64,000 nucleotides of DNA from Candidatus Marinacidobacterales bacterium (GCA_965219415.1 OZ244742.1:256001-320000); one strand, 5' to 3'; counted from the stretch's first letter, positions 9,758 through 19,861 are shown. The notes: generated from the sequence alone by a model not told the origin. Numbers and translations are program-made.

Positions 9758-10582
9758 ATGGTAAGAGGAGCGGGGGCATCGGCCTCGCCCGGGCCAAACA
9801 TACCGCGTCGGGGACGCGTCAACGGCCTCCTGCCCTGGAAGCCGGAGAGCCGTTTCGGCGCAGCGATTGTAAAGTGGGCGGAGTACGTCTTGATCGGGGC
9901 CGCCCTCGTGGCAAGCGGGCTCGTCTCCGCGTTCGTAACTTTCACGTTCGCGGTCCGCGGCAACGAGATCACGGTTCCCAACTTTATTGGTGCCGCGCTC
10001 TCGGATGCCGGACCACTATTGGTGAACGCCGAGCTGAATCTCAGGCACGAGGGAAATCGCTTCCACCCTGACTTCCCCGCCGACCTCATCGTGCACCAAC
10101 TGCCCCCGCCGAGCACCAAGCTAAAGAAAGGTCGCACAGTCAAAGTGTGGGTCAGCCTCGGCCCAGAGCGGAGAGTGGTCCCGCGCGTCGAGGGAGAGTC
10201 CCTGCAATCGGCTCAGATCCTTCTCGAACAGGACGGTTTCGCCCTCGGACGAGTCGTGAGGGTTCACAGTGAAGTGTACGGAACCGACACCGTCATCGCA
10301 CAGAATCCGCCCGCCTACGAAGAAGCGGGTGACGCAACCGAGGTCTCCGTCCTCCTTTCCCGCGGGTACCGCGGCGCCGCTTATGTCATGCCGGACTTTA
10401 TCGGTCGTGAGCTTTCTGCAATTTTGGACCGTGTCCGACGAGGCAGCCTTCGCATCGGCAGCATCCGATACGTCGACTACCCGGGCGTCCGCAAGGGGGT
10501 GGTCGTCAGACAAACTCCCGGGGCCGGTACGAAAGTGCACTCTCGAGACCGCATCGTACTGTACGTGAGCAAAGGCTCCTGA
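9758..10582 (+). CDS. membrane-anchored protein with three PASTA domains and no kinase domain
   Basis: One TM helix, then three repeats VPNFIG / VPRVEG / MPDFIG each followed by Q.P..G-type motifs. ATG 9758 follows GGGAGGAG (ORF track starts at 9611). Confidence 0.88.
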   Translation: MVRGAGASASPGPNIPRRGRVNGLLPWKPESRFGAAIVKWAEYVLIGAALVASGLVSAFVTFTFAVRGNEITVPNFIGAALSDAGPLLVNAELNLRHEGNRFHPDFPADLIVHQLPPPSTKLKKGRTVKVWVSLGPERRVVPRVEGESLQSAQILLEQDGFALGRVVRVHSEVYGTDTVIAQNPPAYEEAGDATEVSVLLSRGYRGAAYVMPDFIGRELSAILDRVRRGSLRIGSIRYVDYPGVRKGVVVRQTPGAGTKVHSRDRIVLYVSKGS

Positions 10583-10638
10583 CGTTGTCTCTAGCCGAGC
10601 CCCGGCGTCCGCCCAGTGACTATCCATTCGGAAGGGCC

Positions 10639-11310
10639 ATGCGACTGGCACCATCTATTCTCTCTGCAGATTTCTCTCGGCTAGGAGAACAGATCACCGG
10701 GCTCGAACAAGCCGGGGCGAAACAGCTTCACCTGGACGTGATGGACGGACACTACGTAGAGAATTTGACCTTTGGACCTTTGGTTGTCGAAGCGATCCGA
10801 CGGACTACTCGACTCCCGCTCGACGTCCACCTCCAGGTCGAAGACGCCGACCGGTGGATCGATGCCTTCTGTGATGCCGGAGCCGATATGATCGCGGTCC
10901 ACCCGGAAACGCTTCATCATCTAGACCGAACGATCCATTCCATCCGTGACCACGGCAAGAAAGCCGGCGTCGCGGTGACCCCATCGACACCTATCCGTGC
11001 GGTGGAGGAGCTGCTGCCGAACGTGGATTACGTCATCATCATGTCGGTTTACCCCGGTTTCCCTGGTCAAGATTTCATTCCTGGAAGTTTCGCTCGTGTC
11101 GAGCGATTGCGCTCGATAGTCTCGAGAGACGCCCTTCCTCTCGAGATCGAAATCGACGGCGGTATCCATATCGGCAATGTCCGAGAGGCGGCAACCGCAG
11201 GCGCAGACGTGGTCGTCGCCGGCTCTGCGATCTTCAACGCCGACGACCCGGCGGAGCGTCTTCGAGCGATGCTCGAAGAAATGCTCCAGGCCGACACCAC
11301 CGGGGCTTGA
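10639..11310 (+). CDS. rpe: ribulose-phosphate 3-epimerase
   Basis: LAPSILSADF, HLDVMDGHYV, MSVYPGF.GQ and EIDGGI motifs. Confidence 0.96.
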   Translation: MRLAPSILSADFSRLGEQITGLEQAGAKQLHLDVMDGHYVENLTFGPLVVEAIRRTTRLPLDVHLQVEDADRWIDAFCDAGADMIAVHPETLHHLDRTIHSIRDHGKKAGVAVTPSTPIRAVEELLPNVDYVIIMSVYPGFPGQDFIPGSFARVERLRSIVSRDALPLEIEIDGGIHIGNVREAATAGADVVVAGSAIFNADDPAERLRAMLEEMLQADTTGA

Positions 11311-11317
11311 TTCGGCC

Positions 11318-11722
11318 ATGGCAGAAGCAACCTGTGAGATCCGAGTTCGATATGGAGAGACCGATCAGATGCGCGTAGCGTACTACGCTCATTACCTCAA
11401 TTGGTTCGAGGTGGGCCGATCCAACCTACTCCGCGAGAGCGGGGTGAGCTACCGAGAGGTCGAGGGTCAAGGCGTGTTCCTTCCCGTCGTCGAAGCACAC
11501 TGTCGCTACCTCAAACCGGCCCGGTACGACGACCTCCTTCGCGTCATCACCAAGGTATCGCAGGCGAAACGGGCCCGTCTGCTTTTCGAGTACGAGGTCC
11601 GCCGCATCAGCGGTCATTCGGACGACGAGCTCCTGGCCACCGGAAATACCGTTCATGTCGCCGTCGACGAACAAGGAAAGCCCATGCGGCTCCCAGAGCA
11701 ACTTGCGCGGTTGGTTCTATGA
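11318..11722 (+). CDS. acyl-CoA thioesterase, YbgC/4HBT hot-dog family
   Basis: IRVRYGETDQMRVAYYAHYLNWFEVGR motif. Confidence 0.92.
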   Translation: MAEATCEIRVRYGETDQMRVAYYAHYLNWFEVGRSNLLRESGVSYREVEGQGVFLPVVEAHCRYLKPARYDDLLRVITKVSQAKRARLLFEYEVRRISGHSDDELLATGNTVHVAVDEQGKPMRLPEQLARLVL

Positions 11723-12732
11723 ACGTCGTGGTCACCGGTGTTGCCGGTTTCATTGGCTCGCATTTGGCGGAGGCGCTTACCGCCCAAGGGAAAAACGTCA
11801 TCGGAGTGGATAGTTTCATCGACTATTACCCCCGAGAAATGAAACAGGAGAACCTAGCGTCGCTCACCCAATCGCCGCGCTTCGAGCTGGTCGAAACCCC
11901 GATTCAGGAGATGAAGCTCGAGCCACTGTTGGCAAATGTAGATGTGGTATACCACCTGGCTGCCCAAGCCGGGGTCCGAGCCAGCTGGGGAAAGGAATTT
12001 TCCATTTATACCGATAACAATATTTTGGCCACCCAGCGTCTTCTCGAGGCGGCGGCGAAAGAGCCAGTGAAGGCCTTCGTCTACGCGTCTTCCTCCTCCG
12101 TCTATGGCGACACCGCGGAGCTGCCTATGCGGGAGCCGGTCCCTTTGCACCCGGTGTCGCCGTACGGGGTATCCAAGCTTGCCGTCGAAAAACTGTGCTA
12201 CCTGTACTTCGTGAACCACTCCGTCCCCACCATGGGCCTGCGATACTTCACGGTCTATGGCCCGCGCCAACGTCCGGACATGGCGTTTCATCGTCTATTT
12301 CGTAACGCTCTCGACGGAAAGGAGTTTCATCTCTTCGGCGACGGCCAGCAGACACGCGACTTCACTTACGTAAGCGACGCCGTGGAAGCCACCGTGGCTG
12401 CCGCGGCGCGAGGGCGCCCCGGTAGCGTTTACAACATCGGTGGCGGCTCGCGAGTGTCCCTCCTCGAGGTCATCGAGCAGATCGAGAAGCTCACCGGCTC
12501 GAAACTCCGCCTGCGCCGCGAACCAAGCCAAAAAGGAGACATGCGGGATACCTATGCAGACACCACCGCGGCGCGAAACGATCTGGGCTACCAGCCTAAG
12601 GTCAAGCTGCAGGAGGGACTGGAGGCGGAGTGGGAGTGGCTAAAAACTGCCGTCTTCCAGCAGGGCGGCAAAGGAGCCGATGGGTTACAATCATCGGTTG
12701 ACCGCCTATGGCGCGAACGGAGACAAGAGTGA
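11719..12732 (+). CDS. NAD-dependent nucleotide-sugar epimerase/dehydratase (UDP-glucuronate 4-epimerase-like)
   Basis: TGVAGFIGS, HLAAQAGVR, SSSSVYG, YGVSK and YFTVYGPRQRPDMA motifs; ATGA overlap with the upstream gene. Confidence 0.93.
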   Translation: MNVVVTGVAGFIGSHLAEALTAQGKNVIGVDSFIDYYPREMKQENLASLTQSPRFELVETPIQEMKLEPLLANVDVVYHLAAQAGVRASWGKEFSIYTDNNILATQRLLEAAAKEPVKAFVYASSSSVYGDTAELPMREPVPLHPVSPYGVSKLAVEKLCYLYFVNHSVPTMGLRYFTVYGPRQRPDMAFHRLFRNALDGKEFHLFGDGQQTRDFTYVSDAVEATVAAAARGRPGSVYNIGGGSRVSLLEVIEQIEKLTGSKLRLRREPSQKGDMRDTYADTTAARNDLGYQPKVKLQEGLEAEWEWLKTAVFQQGGKGADGLQSSVDRLWRERRQE

Positions 12733-13529
12733 AGGGTATCACGTTGGCATCGAGCTTCGTGTGCCTGGCGCTTTTGGTTTCCTGCGGAAACAAGACAACG
12801 GTTCGTGACTTCTCCTCCGCTGCCGGGGGCGATCAACTGCTCCTGGATCTGGGACAAGAACGACTAGAGGATAAAGACTGGGAGGAAGCGCGCGGCTACT
12901 TCCAGCAGCTGATCGACACGTTCCCGAGGAGCCAGTTCGTAGGAGACGCTCGCATCGGCATCGCCGACTCCTACTTCTACCAGAAGGGGGTTGGAAACTT
13001 CGTGCTGTCGATCGCCGAGTATCGCGATGTCCTCACCTTCTTCCCCAACCACCCCCGCGCCGACTACGTCCAGTACCAGATCGCCTACGCCTACTACCGA
13101 CAAAAACACAGCGCCGATCGAGATCAGGACCCAACTCGAACCGCCGTCGAAGAGCTCGAAAAACTCATAGACCTGTACCCCAGTAGTCCGTACGCGGAGA
13201 CCGGCCGCGAGCTCCTTGCGGACTGCAACGAGACCTTGGCCGACCACGAGTACCGCGTCGGTCGGTTTTATCTGAAGGTCCGCAAACATTGTCGCGGCTC
13301 GATCGCCCGGCTCAAGGGAGTCCTCGAGAACTATCCGAACTTCAGCCGGAACGATGAGGTGTATTGGGCACTGGGGGAGGCCCATGTCACGTGCGGCTCT
13401 CCCATGCAAGCCATGCCTTACTACAAGGAGCTCATCGATAACTACCCCTCGAGCGACTTCAAGGCCGACGCGGAAGAGCGTTTGGGAGCCCTCCAAGCCA
13501 AGGCGGACGAGGGCCCCAAGACCCCATAG
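12708..13529 (+). CDS. bamD: outer membrane protein assembly lipoprotein BamD
   Basis: Lipobox LLVSC, TPR helices, PNHPRADYVQY, DRDQDPT and LADHEYRVGRFY. Confidence 0.9.
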   Translation: MARTETRVKGITLASSFVCLALLVSCGNKTTVRDFSSAAGGDQLLLDLGQERLEDKDWEEARGYFQQLIDTFPRSQFVGDARIGIADSYFYQKGVGNFVLSIAEYRDVLTFFPNHPRADYVQYQIAYAYYRQKHSADRDQDPTRTAVEELEKLIDLYPSSPYAETGRELLADCNETLADHEYRVGRFYLKVRKHCRGSIARLKGVLENYPNFSRNDEVYWALGEAHVTCGSPMQAMPYYKELIDNYPSSDFKADAEERLGALQAKADEGPKTP

Positions 13530-13646
13530 ACGGCTGGCTAGGCTGATAGCTGCAACACGATATTTTGCCGCGAAATTGCGCTTTGCGAACGCGCCTCGCC
13601 GATTGCAACCTTCAAGTACCACTTTAAGGTTTCCCGCAAATACCTC

Positions 13647-13676
13647 TTGACACCACGGATAACTAGCTGTTAGCGT
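13647..13676 (+). promoter_or_regulatory. putative sigma70 promoter of the LysM gene
   Basis: TTGACA at 13647-13652, 18 nt spacer, extended -10 TGnTAGCGT. Confidence 0.55.
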
Positions 13677-13693
13677 GGTATACAAGTTCCGGT

Positions 13694-14836
13694 TTGAAAT
13701 CCCAGTGGAGGTATATCGTGAGGACCCGACCGTCGCGAATTAGCACTTGGGGTATGGCGATCCTGGTCAGTGGTGGGCTGGCCTGGGCACAGCAGTCCCC
13801 CGATCAGGCATCAGAGGGAGGTGAGATTGTCATCCCTCCCCACTGGTCTCCCTATCAAGCGCCGAACAGTTACCCTGAGGGGACGAGGCTGCACATCATC
13901 GTCAAGGGTGACACGCTTTGGGACCTCTCCAATACGTACCAGGAGAATCCCTTTCTCTGGCCCCAACTCTGGGAAGCCAACCGCTACATCACCGACCCTC
14001 ATTGGATCTATCCGGGTGATCCGCTCGTCATTCCTGATCTAGACGTTCTACGCGCCGCGGATGAAGAGCCCGGCGCGGCTGGTCCAGACGGAGGAGTGCC
14101 CGGTGCGGAGGGCGAGGCGGGGGCGGGCGTGGCCGGCGTGGGCGGCCCGAGTGGCCCCAACCTATTCCCCATTTCCGAGGAAGAATCGATCCAGTGCGCT
14201 GGCTTCGTGTCCGAGAAAGAAGACGAGGGGTTCCGTATCTTCGAGAGCGAGAATACCTTCAAGGTCCACATCGCCGTCAGTGAAGGCGACATTATCTATC
14301 TCAATCGTGGACAAGAGGACGGGATTCAGGCCGGAGACCAGTACTACATCAGGGATCGCGTCCGGAAGATCGGCGGGCACGGATGGCTCATCAATACGAC
14401 AGGATGGCTAACCATCCTTGCGGTCCAATCGGACACCGCTACCGCCCAGATCACGGGTGCCTGCCGCGATATCCTGAAGGGGCACTACTTGGTTCCCTTC
14501 GAGCCAATACCCGTTCCGCTCGTGCCCTACCAGGCACGCGTCACCCGACTGACTCCTGAGACCGGCCAGAATCGCGGGACGATCATTGCCTCACTAGAAG
14601 ACGTTCGGGAGCTGGGAAGCCTAGGGCGTGGGTATTTGGTAAGTATCGACCAGGGCGAGAACGACGGTGTCATTCCTGGCTCGATCTTCACCATCTTTCG
14701 CTACAGCACCTCCAGAACGCCGCGGAAGGTGCTGGGAGAACTCGCGGTGCTGACCGTCCATCCCAAAACCTCAACGGCCCTTATTACTTTCAGCTATGAC
14801 TATATAGTGAGGGGCGATCTCGTCGAGCTGAAGTAG
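13694..14836 (+). CDS. exported LysM peptidoglycan-binding protein (TsaP-like architecture)
   Basis: Signal peptide, HIIVKGDTLWDLS...PFLWPQLWEANRYITDPHWIYPGD LysM variant, Gly-rich linker and beta-rich C-terminal domains. Confidence 0.85.
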   Translation: MKSQWRYIVRTRPSRISTWGMAILVSGGLAWAQQSPDQASEGGEIVIPPHWSPYQAPNSYPEGTRLHIIVKGDTLWDLSNTYQENPFLWPQLWEANRYITDPHWIYPGDPLVIPDLDVLRAADEEPGAAGPDGGVPGAEGEAGAGVAGVGGPSGPNLFPISEEESIQCAGFVSEKEDEGFRIFESENTFKVHIAVSEGDIIYLNRGQEDGIQAGDQYYIRDRVRKIGGHGWLINTTGWLTILAVQSDTATAQITGACRDILKGHYLVPFEPIPVPLVPYQARVTRLTPETGQNRGTIIASLEDVRELGSLGRGYLVSIDQGENDGVIPGSIFTIFRYSTSRTPRKVLGELAVLTVHPKTSTALITFSYDYIVRGDLVELK

Positions 14837-14843
14837 CTCGAGG

Positions 14844-15275
14844 TCACTTCACGCCTGAGATCTTCAGGCGCGCCGGAACAAGGACATCCCCGCGGTTGAC
14901 GTAGGCCGCGGGTTTTCCTTTTGTGCCCGCGATCGTGAGCACAACGTCGCCTGGGACCAGCTCCTGTGAGAGCCTTTCGCTGAGGCGACGAAAATCGACG
15001 CCCGAGACGACGATCCCTACCGACTCCAAATCCCCTCCCTCGCGGAAGCGGCGTTCCACGAGCGCCTCCCAGTCTCCGTTCGACGCCGCGTCGAAGGAAA
15101 GGGCGTCGACCCAGCCAGGCCGTTGTGCCCCGAGTAGGACCCCGCTCCCTCGATTCAGGGCGCCAAGGGCATCCGGCCCCAAATAGACTACCGGTATCTC
15201 GTCGATCAGGCGGTAACGCTTCGAACCGCGACCACCGCCTGCCTCGAGGGCCGAGGAGGCGTTCCTCCGTTTCAT
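14844..15275 (-). CDS. hypothetical protein translationally coupled to pgsA
   Basis: 143 aa; its ATG overlaps the pgsA TGA (ATGA). Confidence 0.65.
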   Translation of the reverse strand: MKRRNASSALEAGGGRGSKRYRLIDEIPVVYLGPDALGALNRGSGVLLGAQRPGWVDALSFDAASNGDWEALVERRFREGGDLESVGIVVSGVDFRRLSERLSQELVPGDVVLTIAGTKGKPAAYVNRGDVLVPARLKISGVK

Positions 15276-15838
15276 GCGCGGCTGCCGGTCGGAATCTCCC
15301 CGCCGACCTTTCGATAGAAGCGGAGGAAGTAGTCCACACCCGAAATCAATGCCAAGCTCACCGCTACCCAAAGGGCGACGGTGCCCAGGACAAAGAAAGG
15401 CCCGAGGAACTTCTTACCGAGGATTAGGAGCAGGATAGCGATAACTTGGGTCAACATCTTGCCCTTGCCCAATCCGCTTGCCGGAATCGTAATGCCTTGA
15501 GCGATGGCGATACTCCTGAGCCCAGACACTGCGAACTCCCGGCCAACGATCACCACAACCATCCAGGCCGGGGCAAGATCCATCTGCACCAGGCTGATGA
15601 AGGCGGCCGAGACCAGAAGCTTGTCTGCAATCGGATCCAACATGATGCCGAGCGTCGTGACCTGGCCGCGGCGCCGAGCCAAGTACCCATCCAGCCAATC
15701 CGTAAAGGCGGCCACCGCAACGATCAGCCCGCCGATGATCTCCCAGCGCTCAGTGCGGGTCAGCAAAACGACCACCAGCAGCGGCACCAGAAAGATGCGG
15801 CTGAGGGTCAGGGCGTTGGGTAGATTCGGAAGCGTCAT
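15272..15838 (-). CDS. pgsA: CDP-diacylglycerol--glycerol-3-phosphate 3-phosphatidyltransferase
   Basis: NLPNALTLSRI and TDWLDGYLARRRGQVTTLGIMLDPIADK motifs. Confidence 0.96.
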   Translation of the reverse strand: MTLPNLPNALTLSRIFLVPLLVVVLLTRTERWEIIGGLIVAVAAFTDWLDGYLARRRGQVTTLGIMLDPIADKLLVSAAFISLVQMDLAPAWMVVVIVGREFAVSGLRSIAIAQGITIPASGLGKGKMLTQVIAILLLILGKKFLGPFFVLGTVALWVAVSLALISGVDYFLRFYRKVGGEIPTGSRA

Positions 15839-15872
15839 GAATCCCGCAAAGGCTTCCCTGGGGTCCGGAGGC

Positions 15873-17174
15873 TCAGATCTTCAGGATCTTTTCCGAGCGA
15901 AGATGCTTGGTCGCATTCCGCGTGTCGATCACCAGTGGAGCCTGAGCCACGATGGTCTCGATGTCAAATGAAGAGTGTTCGGTCACGATGACTGCACAGT
16001 CGGTCGAGCCGAGCGCGTCAGCCAGCGCCACCGAACGATAACTATCGCCATCCATCTCGAGCTCAGCCACTAGTGGGTCATGATAGCTTACCTCCGCACC
16101 CTTCTGCTCGAGGATTCTAAGAATATCCAGACCCGGAGATTCGCGTACATCGTCGACATCGCTCTTATAGGACATGCCAAGGATCAGGATGTGAGAGCCC
16201 TTCACGCTCTTTTGTCGCTCGTTCAACGCGTCCTGAATCTTGTTAACGACGTAATACGGCATGGCGGAGTTTATTTCCCCCGCCAGCTCAATGAACCGAG
16301 CACGGTAGTTCAAGGTCTTCAGCTTCCACGAAAGGTAGAAAGGATCGATGGGAATACAATGGCCACCCAACCCGGGTCCTGGGTAAAACGGCATGAAGCC
16401 GAACGGTTTGGTGGCTGCCGCATCGATGACTTCCCAAACGTCCACGCCTAAACGATCGCACATCAACGCCACTTCGTTGACGAGCCCGATGTTGACGCTT
16501 CGGAAGGTGTTCTCCAAAAGCTTTACCATTTCCGCGCTGCGCGTCGAAGACACCGGGATCACCTGTTCCACCGCGTGCGCGTAGAGAGCGCGAGCCATTT
16601 CGAGGCAACTCGGGGTCGTGCCGCCGATGATCTTGGGCGTGTTGCGCGTATTCCAACTAGTATTTCCTGGATCCACGCGCTCCGGAGAAAACGCCAGAAA
16701 AAAGTCCTTCCCCACTTCCAGACCACTTTCTTGTAGGCTCGGAAGAATCAGCTCTTCGGTGGTTCCTGGGTAAGTCGTACTTTCGAGCACCACCAGCTGG
16801 CCTTCGCGGAGTCTCTTGGCGATCTCGCGACTCGCATTGACCACCAACGAGAGATCGGGATCCTTGGTTTTCGACAAGGGCGTCGGAACGCAAATAATGA
16901 CAGCGTCCTTGTCGCTGAGCACATCGAAATCGGTTGTGGCGAAGAGTGTACCTGCCTTCACCAGCTTGGCCAGGGACTCGGAGGGAACGTCCCGCACGTA
17001 GGACTCGCCGCGTTGAATGGCATCGACTTTTTCCCGATCGATGTCGATACCGACGACGCAAACCCCGGCTCTCGCGAACTCCACCGACAGCGGTAGACCA
17101 ACGTAACCCAAACCAACGGTGGCTAAACGGACCGTCTTGTCCGCAATCTTCCGCCCTAGGTCCTGGGCCTTCAC
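15873..17174 (-). CDS. UDP-glucose/UDP-GlcNAc 6-dehydrogenase family (WbpA/WecC-like)
   Basis: GLGYVGLP, ICVPTP, ESTTYPGTT, SPERVDPGN, KLLENTFR and GPGLGGHCIP motifs. Start is GTG 17174 or TTG 17246. Confidence 0.94.
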   Translation of the reverse strand: MKAQDLGRKIADKTVRLATVGLGYVGLPLSVEFARAGVCVVGIDIDREKVDAIQRGESYVRDVPSESLAKLVKAGTLFATTDFDVLSDKDAVIICVPTPLSKTKDPDLSLVVNASREIAKRLREGQLVVLESTTYPGTTEELILPSLQESGLEVGKDFFLAFSPERVDPGNTSWNTRNTPKIIGGTTPSCLEMARALYAHAVEQVIPVSSTRSAEMVKLLENTFRSVNIGLVNEVALMCDRLGVDVWEVIDAAATKPFGFMPFYPGPGLGGHCIPIDPFYLSWKLKTLNYRARFIELAGEINSAMPYYVVNKIQDALNERQKSVKGSHILILGMSYKSDVDDVRESPGLDILRILEQKGAEVSYHDPLVAELEMDGDSYRSVALADALGSTDCAVIVTEHSSFDIETIVAQAPLVIDTRNATKHLRSEKILKI

Positions 17175-17413
17175 CGAGTTCTCTTTCGTCTTAGCAGGGG
17201 CAAGTTCTGGGTTCGTCGGTATCCGATCAACGAAGCTGTCAACCAACCTATACTATAGCATCTGAAGCGCTTAGTGTCGCGGAGCTTGAAAGGCTCAACG
17301 ACCACGTGCTAGCATTCCGGGCCGTTCCAGCACTTTAGGTGAGAATCTGTTAAGTCACCAGACCACGGCTGAGGGCCTCCGATGAGCAACAGTAGTCTCC
17401 CAACAGGCATGCC

Positions 17414-18481
17414 ATGAAGGCGGTCATTCTCGCCGGGGGAAAGGGCACGCGGTTGCGCCCGCTCACGATGCACACCCCGAAACCCATCGTACCGATCCTC
17501 GACCGACCATTCCTTTCGTTTCAAATCGACATCTTGCGTCATTCGGAGATCTCGGAAATCGTACTCTCCTTGTCTTACCAGCCGCGGAGAATCGAGAAGA
17601 TCTTCGGTGACGGAAGCGAACTCGGGGTCAAGATCCTCTATACCGTCGAATCCGAGCCACTGGGAACCGCGGGCGCCGTAAAAAAGGCTGAGCCGTTTTT
17701 AGGTAGCAGGACTATCGTCTTCAATGGAGACGTCCTAAGCGACGTGGACCTGCCTGCAGTTATCGCGCAACACGAAGCGACTGGAGCCAAGGCTACCATC
17801 GTACTCACCCCGGTCGAGAACCCCGCCGCATATGGTCTGGTGGAGCTCGAGAAAGACGGACGCGTCCGACGCTTCTTGGAAAAACCCAGTTACGATGAGA
17901 TAACGTGCGACACAATCAACGCGGGCATCTACATCCTGGAACCGGAAACGCTTGCCCACATACCGGCCGGCAAGAACTACTCTTTCGAGAGAAGCGTCTT
18001 CCCCGCGTTCCTGCGAGAGAAGATCCCGTTTTACGCCTACATTCACCGCGGCTACTGGATCGACATCGGCACTCCCGAGAAGTATTTGAAGGCGCACCAA
18101 GACCTCTTGAGCGGCGAAGCCAAACTTCCGGGTTTCGACGGAAAGCCCGGAGCCGTTTACATCGACCCGGCCGCCGCGGTGGATGAGGACTCAAAGATCT
18201 CCGGACCCGCGTTTGTCGGAGCCGGCGCAACGGTAAAGCCCGGGGCTCGAATCGAACCCTTCGCAGTGGTTGGAAGCAACTGTCGCATCGAAGAGGGTGC
18301 GATCGTCGCCGACTCCGTTCTCTGGCCCAACGTCCGCGTGGGCGAAGAAGCCCGCGTGCACGGCGCGGTGGTCGGCAGGAATACCCATATCGGAAGACAC
18401 GCCATTGTGGATCGAGGCGTCGTCCTAGGAGACAAGTCGGTGGTCGCCGATTTCAGTCGGCTCGGTCATCCGGAGGGATGA
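17414..18481 (+). CDS. mannose-1-phosphate guanylyltransferase-like nucleotidyltransferase with left-handed beta-helix
   Basis: ILAGGKGTRLRPLT..PKP, EPLGTAGA and YWIDIGTPEKY motifs; hexapeptide-repeat C-terminus. Confidence 0.92.
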   Translation: MKAVILAGGKGTRLRPLTMHTPKPIVPILDRPFLSFQIDILRHSEISEIVLSLSYQPRRIEKIFGDGSELGVKILYTVESEPLGTAGAVKKAEPFLGSRTIVFNGDVLSDVDLPAVIAQHEATGAKATIVLTPVENPAAYGLVELEKDGRVRRFLEKPSYDEITCDTINAGIYILEPETLAHIPAGKNYSFERSVFPAFLREKIPFYAYIHRGYWIDIGTPEKYLKAHQDLLSGEAKLPGFDGKPGAVYIDPAAAVDEDSKISGPAFVGAGATVKPGARIEPFAVVGSNCRIEEGAIVADSVLWPNVRVGEEARVHGAVVGRNTHIGRHAIVDRGVVLGDKSVVADFSRLGHPEG

Positions 18482-19839
18482 GACACGTGAAAGAAGAATC
18501 CATAGAACCTGGCATTTTCAAGGCCTATGACATTCGCGGAATCGTCCCCGACGAGCTCGGGCCGGGAGTGGCACAAAAGATCGGACGAGGTCTCATCGAC
18601 TACCTGGGGGCGGAGGGAATTGCAGTCGGTCGCGACATGCGGGATTCGTCACCGGAATTCGCTCGAGCCTTGTGCGAAGGCGCCATGGCGGGCGGCGCGA
18701 AGGTACTAGACATCGGCATGACCACTACCGACATGCTCTATTTCGCAGTCCCCCACTTCGACCTTGCGGGTGGAGCCATGGTGACCGCTTCTCACAACCC
18801 GAAACAATACAACGGATTCAAGCTAGTCCGCGAAGGTGCCCTCGCACTCTCCGGCGATGCGGGGATCAAGGAGATCAAGGAGTGGATCCTTTCTGGTCGC
18901 AAGCTTCCGGATAAGCCCGGCGGGGAACGCGTCGAGAAAAACGTCCTCCCCGACTACGTAAAACATGTTCGGAGCTTCATCGATCCGGACGTTATTCGAC
19001 CATTGAGCGTGGTGATGGACGCCGCCAATGGCATGGCTGGTGCTATCGCCCCCGACATCTTCGCCGGCCTCCCCCTCAAACGGGTCGACATGTATTTCGA
19101 ACCAGACGGTAATTTCCCCAACCACGAAGCGAACCCACTGGTGGAGGAAAACCGGTGCGAAATCATCGAGAGAGTTCGCGCCGGAGGGGCAGACCTCGGG
19201 ATCGCATGGGACGGCGATGGAGATCGCTGCTTCTTCATCGACGACCTGGGAGAGTTCGTGCCCGGGGACTTCCTCACCGCGCTGTTGGGCGAGGCATTTC
19301 TGCTGAAAGAGCCGGGCTCGACCATCATCTACGACGCCCGTGCTAGCTGGGCGGTGAAGGATACAGTAGAGGGACTCGGAGGGCGTGCGTTGATGAACCG
19401 CGTGGGGCATGCCTTCATCAAGAAACGGATGAGAGAAGAGAACGCCGTCTTCGGGGGCGAGATAAGCGGCCACTTCTATTTTCGGGAGAACTACTTCGCC
19501 GACAACGGGATGATACCGGCCTTGCTCATCTTGGAGCTGATCTCCAAGAAGAGGAAGAAACTCTCCGAGCTTCTCGCCCCGTTCCGTGAGAAGTATTTCA
19601 TCACTGGGGAGATTAACTCCGAGGTCCGTGACGTGCCCGCCGTCCTGGCCAAGCTCGAGTCGCACTACGCAGATGGGCAAATCCATAAGCTGGATGGTCT
19701 GTCGGTCGAGTACGCCGGCTGGCATTTCAATGTTCGGCCTTCCAACACCGAGCCGCTGCTACGTCTGAATCTCGAAGCCCTGGACCAAGCAGAGATGAAT
19801 CGCCGCTGTGAGGAAGTATTGGCAGTGGTACGCGCCTAG
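18478..19839 (+). CDS. manB: phosphomannomutase/phosphoglucomutase
   Basis: IFKAYDIRG, TASHNP, DGDGDR, GEISGH and NVRPSNTEP motifs. Confidence 0.93.
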   Translation: MRHVKEESIEPGIFKAYDIRGIVPDELGPGVAQKIGRGLIDYLGAEGIAVGRDMRDSSPEFARALCEGAMAGGAKVLDIGMTTTDMLYFAVPHFDLAGGAMVTASHNPKQYNGFKLVREGALALSGDAGIKEIKEWILSGRKLPDKPGGERVEKNVLPDYVKHVRSFIDPDVIRPLSVVMDAANGMAGAIAPDIFAGLPLKRVDMYFEPDGNFPNHEANPLVEENRCEIIERVRAGGADLGIAWDGDGDRCFFIDDLGEFVPGDFLTALLGEAFLLKEPGSTIIYDARASWAVKDTVEGLGGRALMNRVGHAFIKKRMREENAVFGGEISGHFYFRENYFADNGMIPALLILELISKKRKKLSELLAPFREKYFITGEINSEVRDVPAVLAKLESHYADGQIHKLDGLSVEYAGWHFNVRPSNTEPLLRLNLEALDQAEMNRRCEEVLAVVRA

Positions 19840-19861
19840 TGCCATTGCTAGGTCGGTTCCT

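Noticed and set aside
18823-19725. Long antisense or alternate-frame ORFs (also 12864-13685, 22358-23182, 36222-37028, 38956-39786)
   Set aside because: They are shadows of well-supported genes, expected in GC-rich DNA, and have no recognisable motifs.
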